Below are positions 1 through 9,547 of a DNA stretch of 41,622 nt, in pieces; within the stretch, counting starts at the first letter, position 1; every line of letters begins with the position of its first letter. The notes under the pieces are model-generated. The model saw only the letters and a list, made by a program, of their open reading frames with translations. It did no database searches and was not told where the DNA came from. Source of the stretch: an uncultured bacterium (lineage in GTDB: Bacteria; Fidelibacterota; Marinisomatia; Marinisomatales; UBA1611); the NCBI GenBank assembly GCA_964648395.1, contig CAZYLQ010000003.1, positions 1-41,622 on the forward strand, written 5' to 3'. The position numbers and the translations under genes are program-made.

Positions 1-1683
1 ATAGGTGTGATGAATAGTATTGGTGGTATTCTTTTACGAGATGTTAGTTCAGATTCTTTTACTGTCGGGACTGGGTTCTTAAAAACCACCCAGAGCATTT
101 TTTCAGAACCTCCGGTTATTTCCAATTTTACTTTTCCTGATATTATAGTGAAGTCTGCTTCTTCAACTACTATTTTAGCTACTCTGTACGATTTGAATGG
201 TATCAACAATGTAGATTTAAATCTACAAATAGGTGGAAGTACAGATGAAATAATATTACCCATGTCTAATAGTGAAGATAGAGATTATGAGGTACTGATC
301 CATGATTCTTTAATTGGAGTGCAGAATTTTCGTGCACGGATAGTTGGGACAGACAATATGGGATATGTTGCTTCGTCAGAATATAAAACGTCAAAAATCC
401 AATTCAGCAATGGTGAATTATCCATGGATAATGATAACAGCCAGTATCCTGATGGTATTCCAGCTGGACATTGGAGATTAATGTCATGGCCAGGACAACC
501 GGTTAACACCAGCCTGGCACCTTCCAAGCTAAAAGATGGCCATGTTTTTTATTCTTGGGATATTGAGAAAAATGATTTTATCATAGCTGATATAATTGAG
601 CTTGGTCGTTCCTATTGGTTTAGGCATAAATATGAAGATCCTGTAGTTTTTTCGGAGAATTCTAGTATAGCATTGCCTTTGGAGAACTATACCATCAAAC
701 TTGAACGAGGCTGGAATATGGTGGGTAACCCATTCTCATTCCCAGTTCAATATGAAAAAGATAGTAATATAGATGATCCAATCACATATGGGAATTCTGA
801 TAAAGATGGTTGGAGTGGCTCACAAACTGAATTACAACCTTGGAATGGTTATGCGGTCTATGCTTCAGTAGAATCGGACTTGGTTCTAATTCCGTTTCAG
901 GAGCAAGACTCTTCTGCGCAAAGGGTTGCCAATATTGATGGTTGGTATCTGAATTTAAAAGCAGAGAGTCCAAACTTTTTTCATCATGCTACACAAATCG
1001 GTCGCCACGAGAATGCTTCTAATGGACAAGGTCTCTATGATACTCCTCAGTTACCGGACATTAATGAAACTATCTCCTTGCTCATGGATCTTAACGGGAA
1101 TTCATCGTTTCGCTATACCAAAGATATTCGTGATTTAGACGAGTTTAATGGTGTTTGGAACCTGCGCTTATATGGGAATAGTGACGAAAGATCAATGGTA
1201 CTTTCAGGCGTATTAAAGGGTTCTATCCCAGAAGGTCTTCGTATAGCTATTGTTGATATTCAGGAACGTAAAATATCGCATGAGATTTTAAACCAGGGGT
1301 TAGCAATTAAAAAGGATCCAAATCTTGCCTATGATCTAAAGCTTGTGGCTGGTGATATAGATTATGTGGCTACAATGACTGAAGAAATATTAAATAATAT
1401 TCCTTCAGTATATTCTTTAAGTCAGAACTATCCTAATCCATTTAATCCGATCACTAAGATGAACTATGCACTTCCTAAACGATCAAGAGTAATTATTTCC
1501 GTCTACAATGTGTTGGGGCAAGAAGTAACAACTCTTTTAAATAAAGAACAAGATTATGGATATCACACAGTCACTTGGAACGGAACTGATCGAATTGGTA
1601 AACAGGTGGCTTCAGGGGTTTATTTTGCAAGATTGACAACTAAGAATTTTAGCCAGACCAAAAAAATGTTAATGTTGAAATAA
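1..1683 (+). CDS. Secreted protein with a C-terminal T9SS (Por) type-A sorting domain; the 5' end lies outside the window
   Basis: Frame 1 is open from nt 1, and the GTG at 7 in the ORF track is probably internal. The last ~85 aa (SQNYPNPFNPITKMNYALP...ISVYNVLGQEV...WNGTD...VASGVYFARL...KKMLMLK) match the consensus of the Por secretion-system C-terminal sorting domain. The upstream part is beta-rich with no enzyme motif I recognise. Confidence 0.7.
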   Translation: MGVMNSIGGILLRDVSSDSFTVGTGFLKTTQSIFSEPPVISNFTFPDIIVKSASSTTILATLYDLNGINNVDLNLQIGGSTDEIILPMSNSEDRDYEVLIHDSLIGVQNFRARIVGTDNMGYVASSEYKTSKIQFSNGELSMDNDNSQYPDGIPAGHWRLMSWPGQPVNTSLAPSKLKDGHVFYSWDIEKNDFIIADIIELGRSYWFRHKYEDPVVFSENSSIALPLENYTIKLERGWNMVGNPFSFPVQYEKDSNIDDPITYGNSDKDGWSGSQTELQPWNGYAVYASVESDLVLIPFQEQDSSAQRVANIDGWYLNLKAESPNFFHHATQIGRHENASNGQGLYDTPQLPDINETISLLMDLNGNSSFRYTKDIRDLDEFNGVWNLRLYGNSDERSMVLSGVLKGSIPEGLRIAIVDIQERKISHEILNQGLAIKKDPNLAYDLKLVAGDIDYVATMTEEILNNIPSVYSLSQNYPNPFNPITKMNYALPKRSRVIISVYNVLGQEVTTLLNKEQDYGYHTVTWNGTDRIGKQVASGVYFARLTTKNFSQTKKMLMLK

Positions 1684-1733
1684 CGTTTCCCCGATTAAAT
1701 ACTATAAGACTCTAATATAAATGGCCAGTTGAT

Positions 1734-3206
1734 TTATTCTGATAAGGATACGGTATTCCCTTCTGGGTCAGTTTTGATGAGCCAGATATCACTATGATCT
1801 TCATCTCCGTTACCTAAGATATCAATGCTACCGGTTAGGGCGAACCCTCCATCAAATGTCTGTAAAACTGAAAATCCATAATTGTGGGTTATGCCTCCAA
1901 AGGTTTTATCCCAGTCGACACTACCATTGCCATCAATTTTAATTAACCGGATATCATAAGCACTATTTTCATGAACATAAGAATGGCAAATCAAAATATG
2001 GCCACCATCATTAGTTTCCCCCAGAGCGTTGCCACCTTCACCATTACTGCCTCCAAATGCATTATCCCATATTTTGTCACCAGTTGAATCTATTTTAATC
2101 AAGACCAGAGCTGTATTCCCATATCCAAACGATTCCGTAACGCCCCTTATAATGTAACCGTCATCAGGTGTTTTAAGTATGGATTTTCCATAGTCACTAC
2201 TATTATCACCAAAAGTCTTGGCCCACGTTGTTTCTCCCTGTGAATCTGTCTTGATTAACCAGATATCAGAACTACCATTTCCGAAAGATTCTGTACTACC
2301 TAGAAGAATGAACCCACCATCTTCAAGTATCTGAATATCAGCCCCAAGATCCAAACCTGCCCCACCAAATGTTTTTGTCCAAAGTGAATCTCCCTGAGAA
2401 TTTGTTCTAATTAACCATATATCCTGATCTCCATCACCTGAAAAGTCACTATTCCCTATAATAATATAACCGCCATCTGTCATTTGTTGTATCGCCCCGC
2501 CTTGATCTGAATTAGAACCACCAAAGTAGGTATCCCATTCCATTAAACCTGTAGGATCTGTCTTAATCAGCCAAATATCACTGCCACCAAAACCGTAGGA
2601 TTCTGTTGTACCGGAAATAATATATCCACCATCTGATGTTTGTAAGATATGCCGAGCATAATCAATTTCGCTGCCACCAAAATTATTATTCCATTGTTCA
2701 GTGCCTTTACGATCTATCTTGATTAGCGAGATATCATCTCCAGTACTGCCTAAGATGACATAGCTACTGTCTGTTGTCTGTAAAATAGAATATCCTGCAT
2801 CATCTACATAATCCAATCCAAAAGTAGCATTAAAAACTAAAAAGTTATATACTGATAAAATTATTGTTTCACTGTCTGCGGTATTGCCAGATTTATCATA
2901 AGAACGGACAAATAATGTGTGCTCGCCACTCTCATAATTATTTGTTATCCATGTAAGAGTGTAGGGAGCAGTGCTGTCGGCAATCCCCGTTGAATCACTA
3001 TTGATCCAGAGTTCAACTTTTACTACTTCATCATTATCAATTGATTCACAGGCAACAACGACTGTGTCCTTCACTATTGAATTATTATTTGGAGATGTAA
3101 TTAAGACGCTAGGAGGATTTATATCTATTCTTTCATCAACTTTTTTCTCTTCACAGGACCAAAAGATCAATAACGCAATTGATAGTATTAAAATTGATGT
3201 TTTCAT
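1734..3206 (-). CDS. Probable lipoprotein with an N-terminal Ig-like domain and a seven-repeat beta-propeller-type body
   Basis: The ORF-track start at 3215 is a TTG. The ATG at 3206 gives MKTSILILSIALLIFWSC, a signal peptide ending in Cys. Next comes a ~90-aa Ig-like segment (PPSVLITSP...VELWINSD...YTLTW...HTLFVRSYDKSGN). This is followed by seven tandem units of the form FGGSxxDxGxxIxQTxDGGYIIxGxTxSFGxGxxDIWLIKTDxxGxxxWxKT. Confidence 0.75.
   Translation of the reverse strand: MKTSILILSIALLIFWSCEEKKVDERIDINPPSVLITSPNNNSIVKDTVVVACESIDNDEVVKVELWINSDSTGIADSTAPYTLTWITNNYESGEHTLFVRSYDKSGNTADSETIILSVYNFLVFNATFGLDYVDDAGYSILQTTDSSYVILGSTGDDISLIKIDRKGTEQWNNNFGGSEIDYARHILQTSDGGYIISGTTESYGFGGSDIWLIKTDPTGLMEWDTYFGGSNSDQGGAIQQMTDGGYIIIGNSDFSGDGDQDIWLIRTNSQGDSLWTKTFGGAGLDLGADIQILEDGGFILLGSTESFGNGSSDIWLIKTDSQGETTWAKTFGDNSSDYGKSILKTPDDGYIIRGVTESFGYGNTALVLIKIDSTGDKIWDNAFGGSNGEGGNALGETNDGGHILICHSYVHENSAYDIRLIKIDGNGSVDWDKTFGGITHNYGFSVLQTFDGGFALTGSIDILGNGDEDHSDIWLIKTDPEGNTVSLSE
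1737..2822 (-). repeat. Seven tandem ~47-55-codon coding repeats (blade-like units) inside the lipoprotein gene
   Basis: I delineated the repeats by eye in the translated ORF. The recurring anchors are FGG, (T/S)DGGYI, DIWLIK(T/I)D and W-x-K/N-T/A. The units have diverged at the DNA level, so this is not a recent duplication. Confidence 0.8.
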
Positions 3207-3313
3207 ATTATTCAAAAAAGTTAAATGCCATATAGCATAGTGTTATTATAATTATATTTATAATCTAATATATGGGGTTGCCAGAGTATCTATCAAAACA
3301 TAGCAATAATATT

Positions 3314-6127
3314 TCAGTTTTCATAACTATCAATCGGCGGGCATGTACACACTAAGTTTCTATCCCCAAATGCATTATCAATTCTGCCAACTGTTGGCCA
3401 ATATTTATGTTCTTTAAGCCACGGTGCCGGGTAAGCTGCTATTTGCCGAGAATAGGAATGCTTCCATTCATCAACAGTAACGACAGAAGCAGTATGCGGC
3501 GCATTTTTTAACGGATTATCATTAGCATCCATTGTACCATCAATGACGTCTTGGATTTCTTGTCGAATAGAAATCATGGCATTACAGAAGCGATCCATTT
3601 CTCTTTTTGACTCACTTTCTGTAGGTTCAAACATGAGGGTTCCAGGAACCGGAAATGACATAGTCGGCGCATGGAAGCCATAGTCCATGAGTCGTTTGGC
3701 AACATCCTCATCAGATATTCCAGATTGGTTTTTCAACTTCCTTAAATCAATAATGAATTCGTGGGCATTATACCCACCAATTCCCCTATAAAGAATTAAG
3801 AAATGATTCTCTAATTTTTTCGCCATGTAATTGGCATTCAGTATAGCAACTTGAGTTGCTTTTCTAAGGCCATCGCCTCCCATCATCGCTATATAAGACC
3901 AGGAAATGGGCAATATGCTGCTACTTCCAAAAGGGGCAGAAGACACAGCATGAATAGCCTTTTCTCCACCTGTTTTAATTTGTGAATGTCCAGGTAAAAA
4001 GGCCGCCAAATGATCTTTACAAACGATGGGTCCCATCCCGGGACCACCGCCACCATGGGGAATGCAAAAAGTTTTATGGAGATTGATATGCATTACATCC
4101 CCTCCAAATACTCCCGGTTTACATAATCCCAGCATGGCATTGAGATTGGCGCCATCTAAATATACTTGACCACCATAGTCATGAACGATCTGGCAAATTT
4201 CTTTGATGGAGTGCTCAAAAACACCATGAGTCGAAGGGTATGTGACCATGATTGCTGCTAGATTTTCAGAATAGATTTTTGCTTTTTTTGTTAAATCATC
4301 TTCAGAGATATTTCCATGTTTATCACATTCAACAATTATAACTTTTAATCCTGCAATGACAGCCGATGCCGGATTGGTACCGTGTGCGGATGCTGGAATT
4401 AAACATATATTCCGATGATCATTTCCATTCTCTTTATGGTATGCACGTATTACCATAAGCCCGGTATATTCACCTTGAGCGCCAGAATTGGGTTGCATGG
4501 AAATATCATCGAAACCAGTTATTTCAGTAAGCCAATTGCCCAATTCACCAATTAATTTATGGTAGCCATCCGTCTGATTGTTTGGAGCAAATGGATGAAT
4601 ATTGCTGAATTCGTTCCAGCTAATCGCCTCCATTTCTGTAGTTGCATTGAGTTTCATGGTGCAGGATCCTAAAGGAATCATGCTCGTATTCAGAGATAAA
4701 TCTTTTGTCTCTAACCGATGAAGATAGCGGAGCATTTCTGTCTCCGAATGGTATGAATGAAATACAAGATGATCTAAATATGAAGATTTTCTGTCTAAAT
4801 CAGATGGAATGGTATTTACTGTTTTCTCAATTTTTGGTGCTTTAAAAACAGAAAGCAATTCATCAAGATGATCTTCTGTGGTTGTTTCATCTAAAGAAAT
4901 CCCAACAGTTCCATCTCCATGATCTCGAAGATTTAGTTCAAGGTTTTTGGCTATATCATTCCATCCATCTACCTTGAATCGAATTGTATCAAAGAAATAT
5001 TCGTGGACAACTTCATATCCTGCTTTTTCTAGTGATTTCGCTAATTTTGCTGATAAATAGTTTACTCGTTCTGCAATCTTTTTCAGTCCTTCGGGGCCAT
5101 GATAAACCGCATACATCCCAGACATGATTGCCAACAAAACCTGTGCGGTACAGATGTTAGAAGTTGCTTTCTCCCGGCGTATATGTTGTTCCCTGGTTTG
5201 AAGTGCCATTCGAAATGCTGGGTTTCCTTGAGCATCTTGTGAAACACCAATAATACGTCCAGGAATTTTTCGTTTGAATTCTGCTGTTGTGGAAAAAAAT
5301 GCTGCATGGGGTCCGCCGTAGCCCATGGGTACGCCAAACCGTTGTGCATTTCCTACTGCTACATCGGCACCCATTTCTCCTGGTGATTTGAGAAGCGTCA
5401 GCGCCAAAAGGTCCGTAACCACGCATACGTAAGATTGATTTTCATGAGCGGAATCACACAGATCAGAATAGTCTTGAATAAAGCCTTCCGTATCTGGATA
5501 TTGAATAAGGACACCAAAGACAGACTCATTAAATTCGAACCGATTGTGATCTGATATTTTTAATTCAATACCTAATGGTTCAGATCGAGTTTTTAAAATA
5601 TCAATAGTTTGTGGATGGGATTTAGATGACACCAAAAAAGTCTTCTTATTTGGATCTCGGGTAGTGTTAAAAAACATGAGCATAGCTTCTGCTGATGCGG
5701 TACCTTCATCAAGCAAGGATGAATTTGCTAACGGAAGCCCGGTGAGATCAGAAACCATAGTTTGGAAATTTAACAATGCTTCCAAGCGTCCTTGACTAAT
5801 CTCCGCTTGATAAGGCGTATATGAAGTGTACCAGCCGGGGTTCTCTAATATATTTCGTTTAATGACGGCAGGAACGATTGTACCATAATATCCCATCCCT
5901 ATGTAAGACCGAAATACAGAATTCATTCTAGCAAATTCTTGTAGTCGATTAATGGTTTCTGGCTCAGATTTTTTAGGTAGAAAATTTAAGGATGTTTTGG
6001 TAAGAATATTTTCAGGAACCACAGTTGTAGAAAGCTCGTCTAAAGATGTGAGCCCCAGCTCAGAAAGCATTGCCTGCATATGGGCATCACTGGAGCCAAT
6101 GTGTCGTTTAACAAAAGAATTGAACAT
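3314..6127 (-). CDS. gcvP: Glycine dehydrogenase (decarboxylating), single-chain glycine cleavage system P protein
   Basis: The 937-aa ORF has the length and end-to-end motifs of single-polypeptide GcvP. These include [21 protein letters not shown] and the PLP-lysine context [16 protein letters not shown]. Confidence 0.95.
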   Translation of the reverse strand: MFNSFVKRHIGSSDAHMQAMLSELGLTSLDELSTTVVPENILTKTSLNFLPKKSEPETINRLQEFARMNSVFRSYIGMGYYGTIVPAVIKRNILENPGWYTSYTPYQAEISQGRLEALLNFQTMVSDLTGLPLANSSLLDEGTASAEAMLMFFNTTRDPNKKTFLVSSKSHPQTIDILKTRSEPLGIELKISDHNRFEFNESVFGVLIQYPDTEGFIQDYSDLCDSAHENQSYVCVVTDLLALTLLKSPGEMGADVAVGNAQRFGVPMGYGGPHAAFFSTTAEFKRKIPGRIIGVSQDAQGNPAFRMALQTREQHIRREKATSNICTAQVLLAIMSGMYAVYHGPEGLKKIAERVNYLSAKLAKSLEKAGYEVVHEYFFDTIRFKVDGWNDIAKNLELNLRDHGDGTVGISLDETTTEDHLDELLSVFKAPKIEKTVNTIPSDLDRKSSYLDHLVFHSYHSETEMLRYLHRLETKDLSLNTSMIPLGSCTMKLNATTEMEAISWNEFSNIHPFAPNNQTDGYHKLIGELGNWLTEITGFDDISMQPNSGAQGEYTGLMVIRAYHKENGNDHRNICLIPASAHGTNPASAVIAGLKVIIVECDKHGNISEDDLTKKAKIYSENLAAIMVTYPSTHGVFEHSIKEICQIVHDYGGQVYLDGANLNAMLGLCKPGVFGGDVMHINLHKTFCIPHGGGGPGMGPIVCKDHLAAFLPGHSQIKTGGEKAIHAVSSAPFGSSSILPISWSYIAMMGGDGLRKATQVAILNANYMAKKLENHFLILYRGIGGYNAHEFIIDLRKLKNQSGISDEDVAKRLMDYGFHAPTMSFPVPGTLMFEPTESESKREMDRFCNAMISIRQEIQDVIDGTMDANDNPLKNAPHTASVVTVDEWKHSYSRQIAAYPAPWLKEHKYWPTVGRIDNAFGDRNLVCTCPPIDSYEN

Positions 6128-6252
6128 AGATCAAATGGGAAAAATATGGTTAAAATAATGGAGTAAGATTAAAGAAATTCCATCTTTTAGCCTATTTAGA
6201 TTTTCATCAGTGTCCCTTGTTTTTATGGGTTATTATTAGGTAATCTACGATT

Positions 6253-6456
6253 ATGAGTAAAACCAGAGAGTTCCAAGTTAAAAAAGAAGTTTTGATTAAG
6301 ATAGGAGAACGGGTTTTTATTGATGACGTTGAATGGAAAGCGGCTGAAGTAATTGATGATATAGTTACTCTTTACCGAGAGGGTATTGGGGGTGAAAGTC
6401 ATACCATTCAAAAGACTGTCAAGGAAGTTAAAACTCTTGTTTCTGAAAAGACTTGA
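6253..6456 (+). CDS. Hypothetical small protein (67 aa)
   Basis: The charged, balanced composition (MSKTREFQVKKEVLIKIGERVFIDDVEWKAAEV...) looks more protein-like than the overlapping 88-aa minus-strand ORF, which is N/F/S-rich. I recognise no family and see no SD. Confidence 0.4.
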   Translation: MSKTREFQVKKEVLIKIGERVFIDDVEWKAAEVIDDIVTLYREGIGGESHTIQKTVKEVKTLVSEKT

Positions 6457-6620
6457 GATAGAAAACGAATCCATCATTAAACCATTCATATTGATAGATT
6501 AAATGGGTAAATTTTCAGGCTAAATATGAATAAAATAATTCAAACAAGAACCACAATGATTATTCTTGTGGGGGTGAAATCAAGGTTGACGCAGGAAACT
6601 GGGACCTAAAAACAATTTTT

Positions 6621-6648
6621 AAAATGCACCGTACGGTGCATTTTTTTT
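6621..6648 (+). terminator. Rho-independent terminator (perfect 10-bp stem, GTAC loop, T8 tail)
   Basis: AAAATGCACC-GTAC-GGTGCATTTT is followed by TTTT, with the T run at 6641-6648. The leading A run also makes the hairpin symmetric. It lies 14 nt upstream of the ATG at 6663. Confidence 0.8.
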
Positions 6649-6662
6649 ACATTGAGGTAATT

Positions 6663-7373
6663 ATGTCTATGGAAAAACTAATCGAATTACAAGGAATTGA
6701 TACAAAATTAAGAGATCTGAATGATCTTCTAGGTGATTTACCATTTAAGGTTAACGAATTAAATCAGCAGGAAGCATTTATTAAAAATTCACTTATAGAA
6801 AAGAAAGAAAGATTGAAAGAACTTGCTGTGGAATCTCATAAAGGGGAGGTTCGTATTGCTGAAATCAATGACAAGGTTAGTAAATTAAAAGACCAACTCT
6901 TCCTAGTGACAAATAATAAACAATATGATGCATTGATGCATGAAATGGATCATATGAAAGAAGAACGGTCCACTATTGAAACAGAAACGTTATCTTTTTT
7001 AGAAGAGATTGAAACCTTAAAGGAATCTGTTGAAACTATGGAATCAGATCTAGGATCTTTATCGAATGAAATAACTGTTCGTCGTGAAAAACTAGAATCA
7101 GTTATTTCAGATTCTGCTGAAGAAAAATCATCTTTAGAACAAAAGCGCTCAAATAAAGTGGAAAGTCTTGATCTTAATACTGTGTCAATTTACAATCGCG
7201 TATTTCAAGCGCGAGATGGATTGGCCGTTGTGAATCTCTCCGGGAACGGTTGTGGGGGGTGTGGTGCACATGTCCCTATGCAAAAAGTGACAGAAGTTCG
7301 TGCTAATTCTGCTATTCATCGATGTGATGTTTGTGGAAGATTCCTTTATAGTGAAAATAATTCTGTAAATTAG
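6663..7373 (+). CDS. C4-type zinc-ribbon / coiled-coil protein (COG1579, DUF164-like)
   Basis: I prefer the start at 6663 (MSMEKLIELQGIDTKL...). It has GAGGT 6 nt upstream, whereas the ORF-track start at 6624 lies inside the terminator hairpin. The protein has a long coiled coil followed by CGGCGAHVP...CDVCGRFLY, a C-x2-C ... C-x2-C zinc ribbon. Confidence 0.85.
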   Translation: MSMEKLIELQGIDTKLRDLNDLLGDLPFKVNELNQQEAFIKNSLIEKKERLKELAVESHKGEVRIAEINDKVSKLKDQLFLVTNNKQYDALMHEMDHMKEERSTIETETLSFLEEIETLKESVETMESDLGSLSNEITVRREKLESVISDSAEEKSSLEQKRSNKVESLDLNTVSIYNRVFQARDGLAVVNLSGNGCGGCGAHVPMQKVTEVRANSAIHRCDVCGRFLYSENNSVN

Positions 7374-7390
7374 ATCGTTATTTAAAAATT

Positions 7391-7771
7391 GAGTCGGTCG
7401 GATGGTTACTCTTGGCCCGCGTGAGCGGTCTAAGGGAGGAAAGTCCGGGCACCGCAGAACAGGATGCCCTCTAATAGGGGGAGGTTCGTATTTGCGAATT
7501 ATGGAAAGTGCAGCAGAAAGTAAACCGCCCCGTTATTTGTGGGGTAAGGGTGAAAGGGTGGTGTAAGAGACCACCAGGTCGTGAATAAATTCAGGATGCT
7601 TGTAAACCCCATCCGGTGCAAGATCGAATAGGCTTCAAGATGTTGTTCGCATCGTAGAAGAAGCGGGTAGGTTGCTCGACCATAATGGTAACATTATGGC
7701 TAGATGAATGACCATCCTTTTAGTTTTGAATCTTCAGACTAAAGGACAGAACTCGGCTTATAGACCGACTC
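7391..7771 (+). ncRNA. rnpB: RNase P RNA, bacterial class A
   Basis: The universally conserved blocks GGAGGAAAGTCCGGGC (near the 5' end) and ACAGAACTCGGCTTATAG (near the 3' end) are present. P1 pairs GAGTCGGTC (7391-7399) with GACCGACTC (7763-7771). GGGTGAAAGGGTGGTGTAAGAGACCACC is typical of the P10-P12 region. The ends may extend about 4 nt (AATT/AATT). Confidence 0.95.
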
Positions 7772-7787
7772 AATTTTTCTATATATT

Positions 7788-9497
7788 ATGCGTTGGATAT
7801 TCCCAAATCTTCAATCTGATCAAATCAGAACAACCATGGAACATTACAAAGTTCCAGAATCTATTGCGAAAGTGATGGTTTCTCGAAAATTGACTGATTT
7901 CGATCAAACTAAAGAATTTTTTTCACCGAGTATTTCCCAACTTCATAATCCCTTTTTAATGAAGGGGATGAAAAAAGCAGTGAACCGGATCATCAGAAAT
8001 ATAGAATCTGAAACACCTATTTTTATTTTTGGAGATTATGATGTGGATGGAACCACAGGTGCATCAATTCTTTATACAGGGCTCTCCAATTTGGGTGCAA
8101 AGGTGAAAACCTATATTCCGAATCGTGAAAAGGAAGGCTATGGTGTTTCAGAAATGGGTATTGATAAAGCTGGGAAATTTAGTGCTGACCTGTTTATCAC
8201 CTGCGATTGTGGTATTAATGCCATCAACCGTGTTAATTATGCTAATGAGAAAGGTATTGATGTGATTATCACTGATCATCATATTCCTGGAGAAATATTG
8301 CCAAATGCATATTCCATTTTAAATCCCAAACAAGTGGATTGCGATTATCCATTTAAGGGATTATGTGGTGGCGGCGTTGCATTAAAGCTTTTATCAGGAC
8401 TAGTGAAAAAGATGGGGTTTTCATTTGATTTGATAACCGACCTCATGGATTTGGCAGCATTAGGGACATCAGCTGATCTTGTTCCCATGAAAGACGAAAA
8501 TCGGGTGTTTGTTCATATTGGACTAAAAACCTTGAGAACAACAAGGCGACCCGGACTTCGCTCATTATTGAAAGTAGCAAAAGTGGATTTAGAGAGGGAT
8601 TTATCTGTTACACAAATTGTGTTTCATGTAGCACCAAGAATAAATGCAGCAGGTAGATTGGGAGATGCAAATAGATCTGTAGAGTTATTAACCACAACGG
8701 ATACTGGAATAGCTAACCAACTGGCTCAAGAATTAGATCAGGAGAATTTATCAAGAAGAATAATCCAGCAAGGTGTTGTGGACGATGCGTTATTTTTAGT
8801 GAATTCAGAAGTGGATTTGGAAAATGATAAAGCCATTGTGTTAGGATCTAGAGGGTGGCATCAAGGGGTGGTTGGTATTGCTGCATCCAAGATAAAAGAA
8901 GAATTTAACCGACCATCCATTATCATTTCTTTTGATGAAGAAGGAAATGGAAAAGGCTCTGCTCGAAGTATAAAAGGGTTGGATCTTTACAATGCTTTAA
9001 CAGTAGCTAGTGAGCATTTAGAGAATTACGGCGGCCATGCCATGGCAGCAGGGTTGGCAATTCATGAATCAAAGCTAAATGATTTTCGGAATGCTTTTTT
9101 ATCTTATGCTGATTCAGTATTAAATGTTAATGACCTTGAGCCTCAATTATATTTGGATGCGGAAATTAGATTATTTGATTTGAATCGTCGGTTTATGGAG
9201 TTCATAAAAAAACTGGGTCCCTATGGACCTGGAAACATGCGTCCGAAATTTTTTGTTACAAACGCAAATGTGATTGGAAACCCAAAGGTGATCGGAAATG
9301 GGGATCATATTAGATTCCAAGTAAAACAGAAAGAATCCGTCATTGATGTGGTGGGATTCGGACTAGCTCATCATTATCAGGATCTCATTTTGGGAGTTCC
9401 TATAGATATCGCATGCATTGTAGAGACAAATGTATGGAGAGGAAAAGAATCAATTCAATTAAATGCTAGAGATATTCGATTGTCTTCGACTGAATAA
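7788..9497 (+). CDS. recJ: Single-stranded-DNA-specific exonuclease RecJ
   Basis: DHH-family motifs are present: FGDYDVDGTT, ITCDCG, ITDHH, and the DHHA1 motif GGHAMAAG. The length of 569 aa is typical. Confidence 0.93.
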   Translation: MRWIFPNLQSDQIRTTMEHYKVPESIAKVMVSRKLTDFDQTKEFFSPSISQLHNPFLMKGMKKAVNRIIRNIESETPIFIFGDYDVDGTTGASILYTGLSNLGAKVKTYIPNREKEGYGVSEMGIDKAGKFSADLFITCDCGINAINRVNYANEKGIDVIITDHHIPGEILPNAYSILNPKQVDCDYPFKGLCGGGVALKLLSGLVKKMGFSFDLITDLMDLAALGTSADLVPMKDENRVFVHIGLKTLRTTRRPGLRSLLKVAKVDLERDLSVTQIVFHVAPRINAAGRLGDANRSVELLTTTDTGIANQLAQELDQENLSRRIIQQGVVDDALFLVNSEVDLENDKAIVLGSRGWHQGVVGIAASKIKEEFNRPSIIISFDEEGNGKGSARSIKGLDLYNALTVASEHLENYGGHAMAAGLAIHESKLNDFRNAFLSYADSVLNVNDLEPQLYLDAEIRLFDLNRRFMEFIKKLGPYGPGNMRPKFFVTNANVIGNPKVIGNGDHIRFQVKQKESVIDVVGFGLAHHYQDLILGVPIDIACIVETNVWRGKESIQLNARDIRLSSTE

Positions 9498-9547
9498 CTC
9501 TTGTTGTAAATTCAAACTTAACCCTTTTAAAATAGAACACCTTTTCA

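Noticed and set aside
5083-5426. Two nested minus-strand ORFs (88-89 aa) in alternative frames of gcvP.
   Set aside because: They are out-of-frame overlaps within a highly conserved gene, with an unusual Cys/Arg/Trp-rich composition.
6128-6252. I expected a glycine riboswitch upstream of gcvP on the minus strand.
   Set aside because: The region is very AT-rich. The conserved glycine-aptamer cores (GGAGAG ... CACCG ... on the minus strand, i.e. CTCTCC / CGGTG on the plus strand) are absent everywhere between 6128 and 6500.
6223-6489. 88-aa minus-strand ORF overlapping the 67-aa plus-strand ORF.
   Set aside because: Its N/F/S/L-rich low-complexity composition is typical of the antisense frame of an AT-rich gene, and the plus-strand ORF has the more protein-like composition. 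Neither ORF is proven.
6624-6662. The ORF-track start codon at 6624 for the Zn-ribbon gene (MHRTVHFFYIEVI...).
   Set aside because: This ATG and the following codons lie inside the terminator hairpin and its T-tract. The ATG at 6663 has a GAGGT SD and gives a sensible N-terminus.
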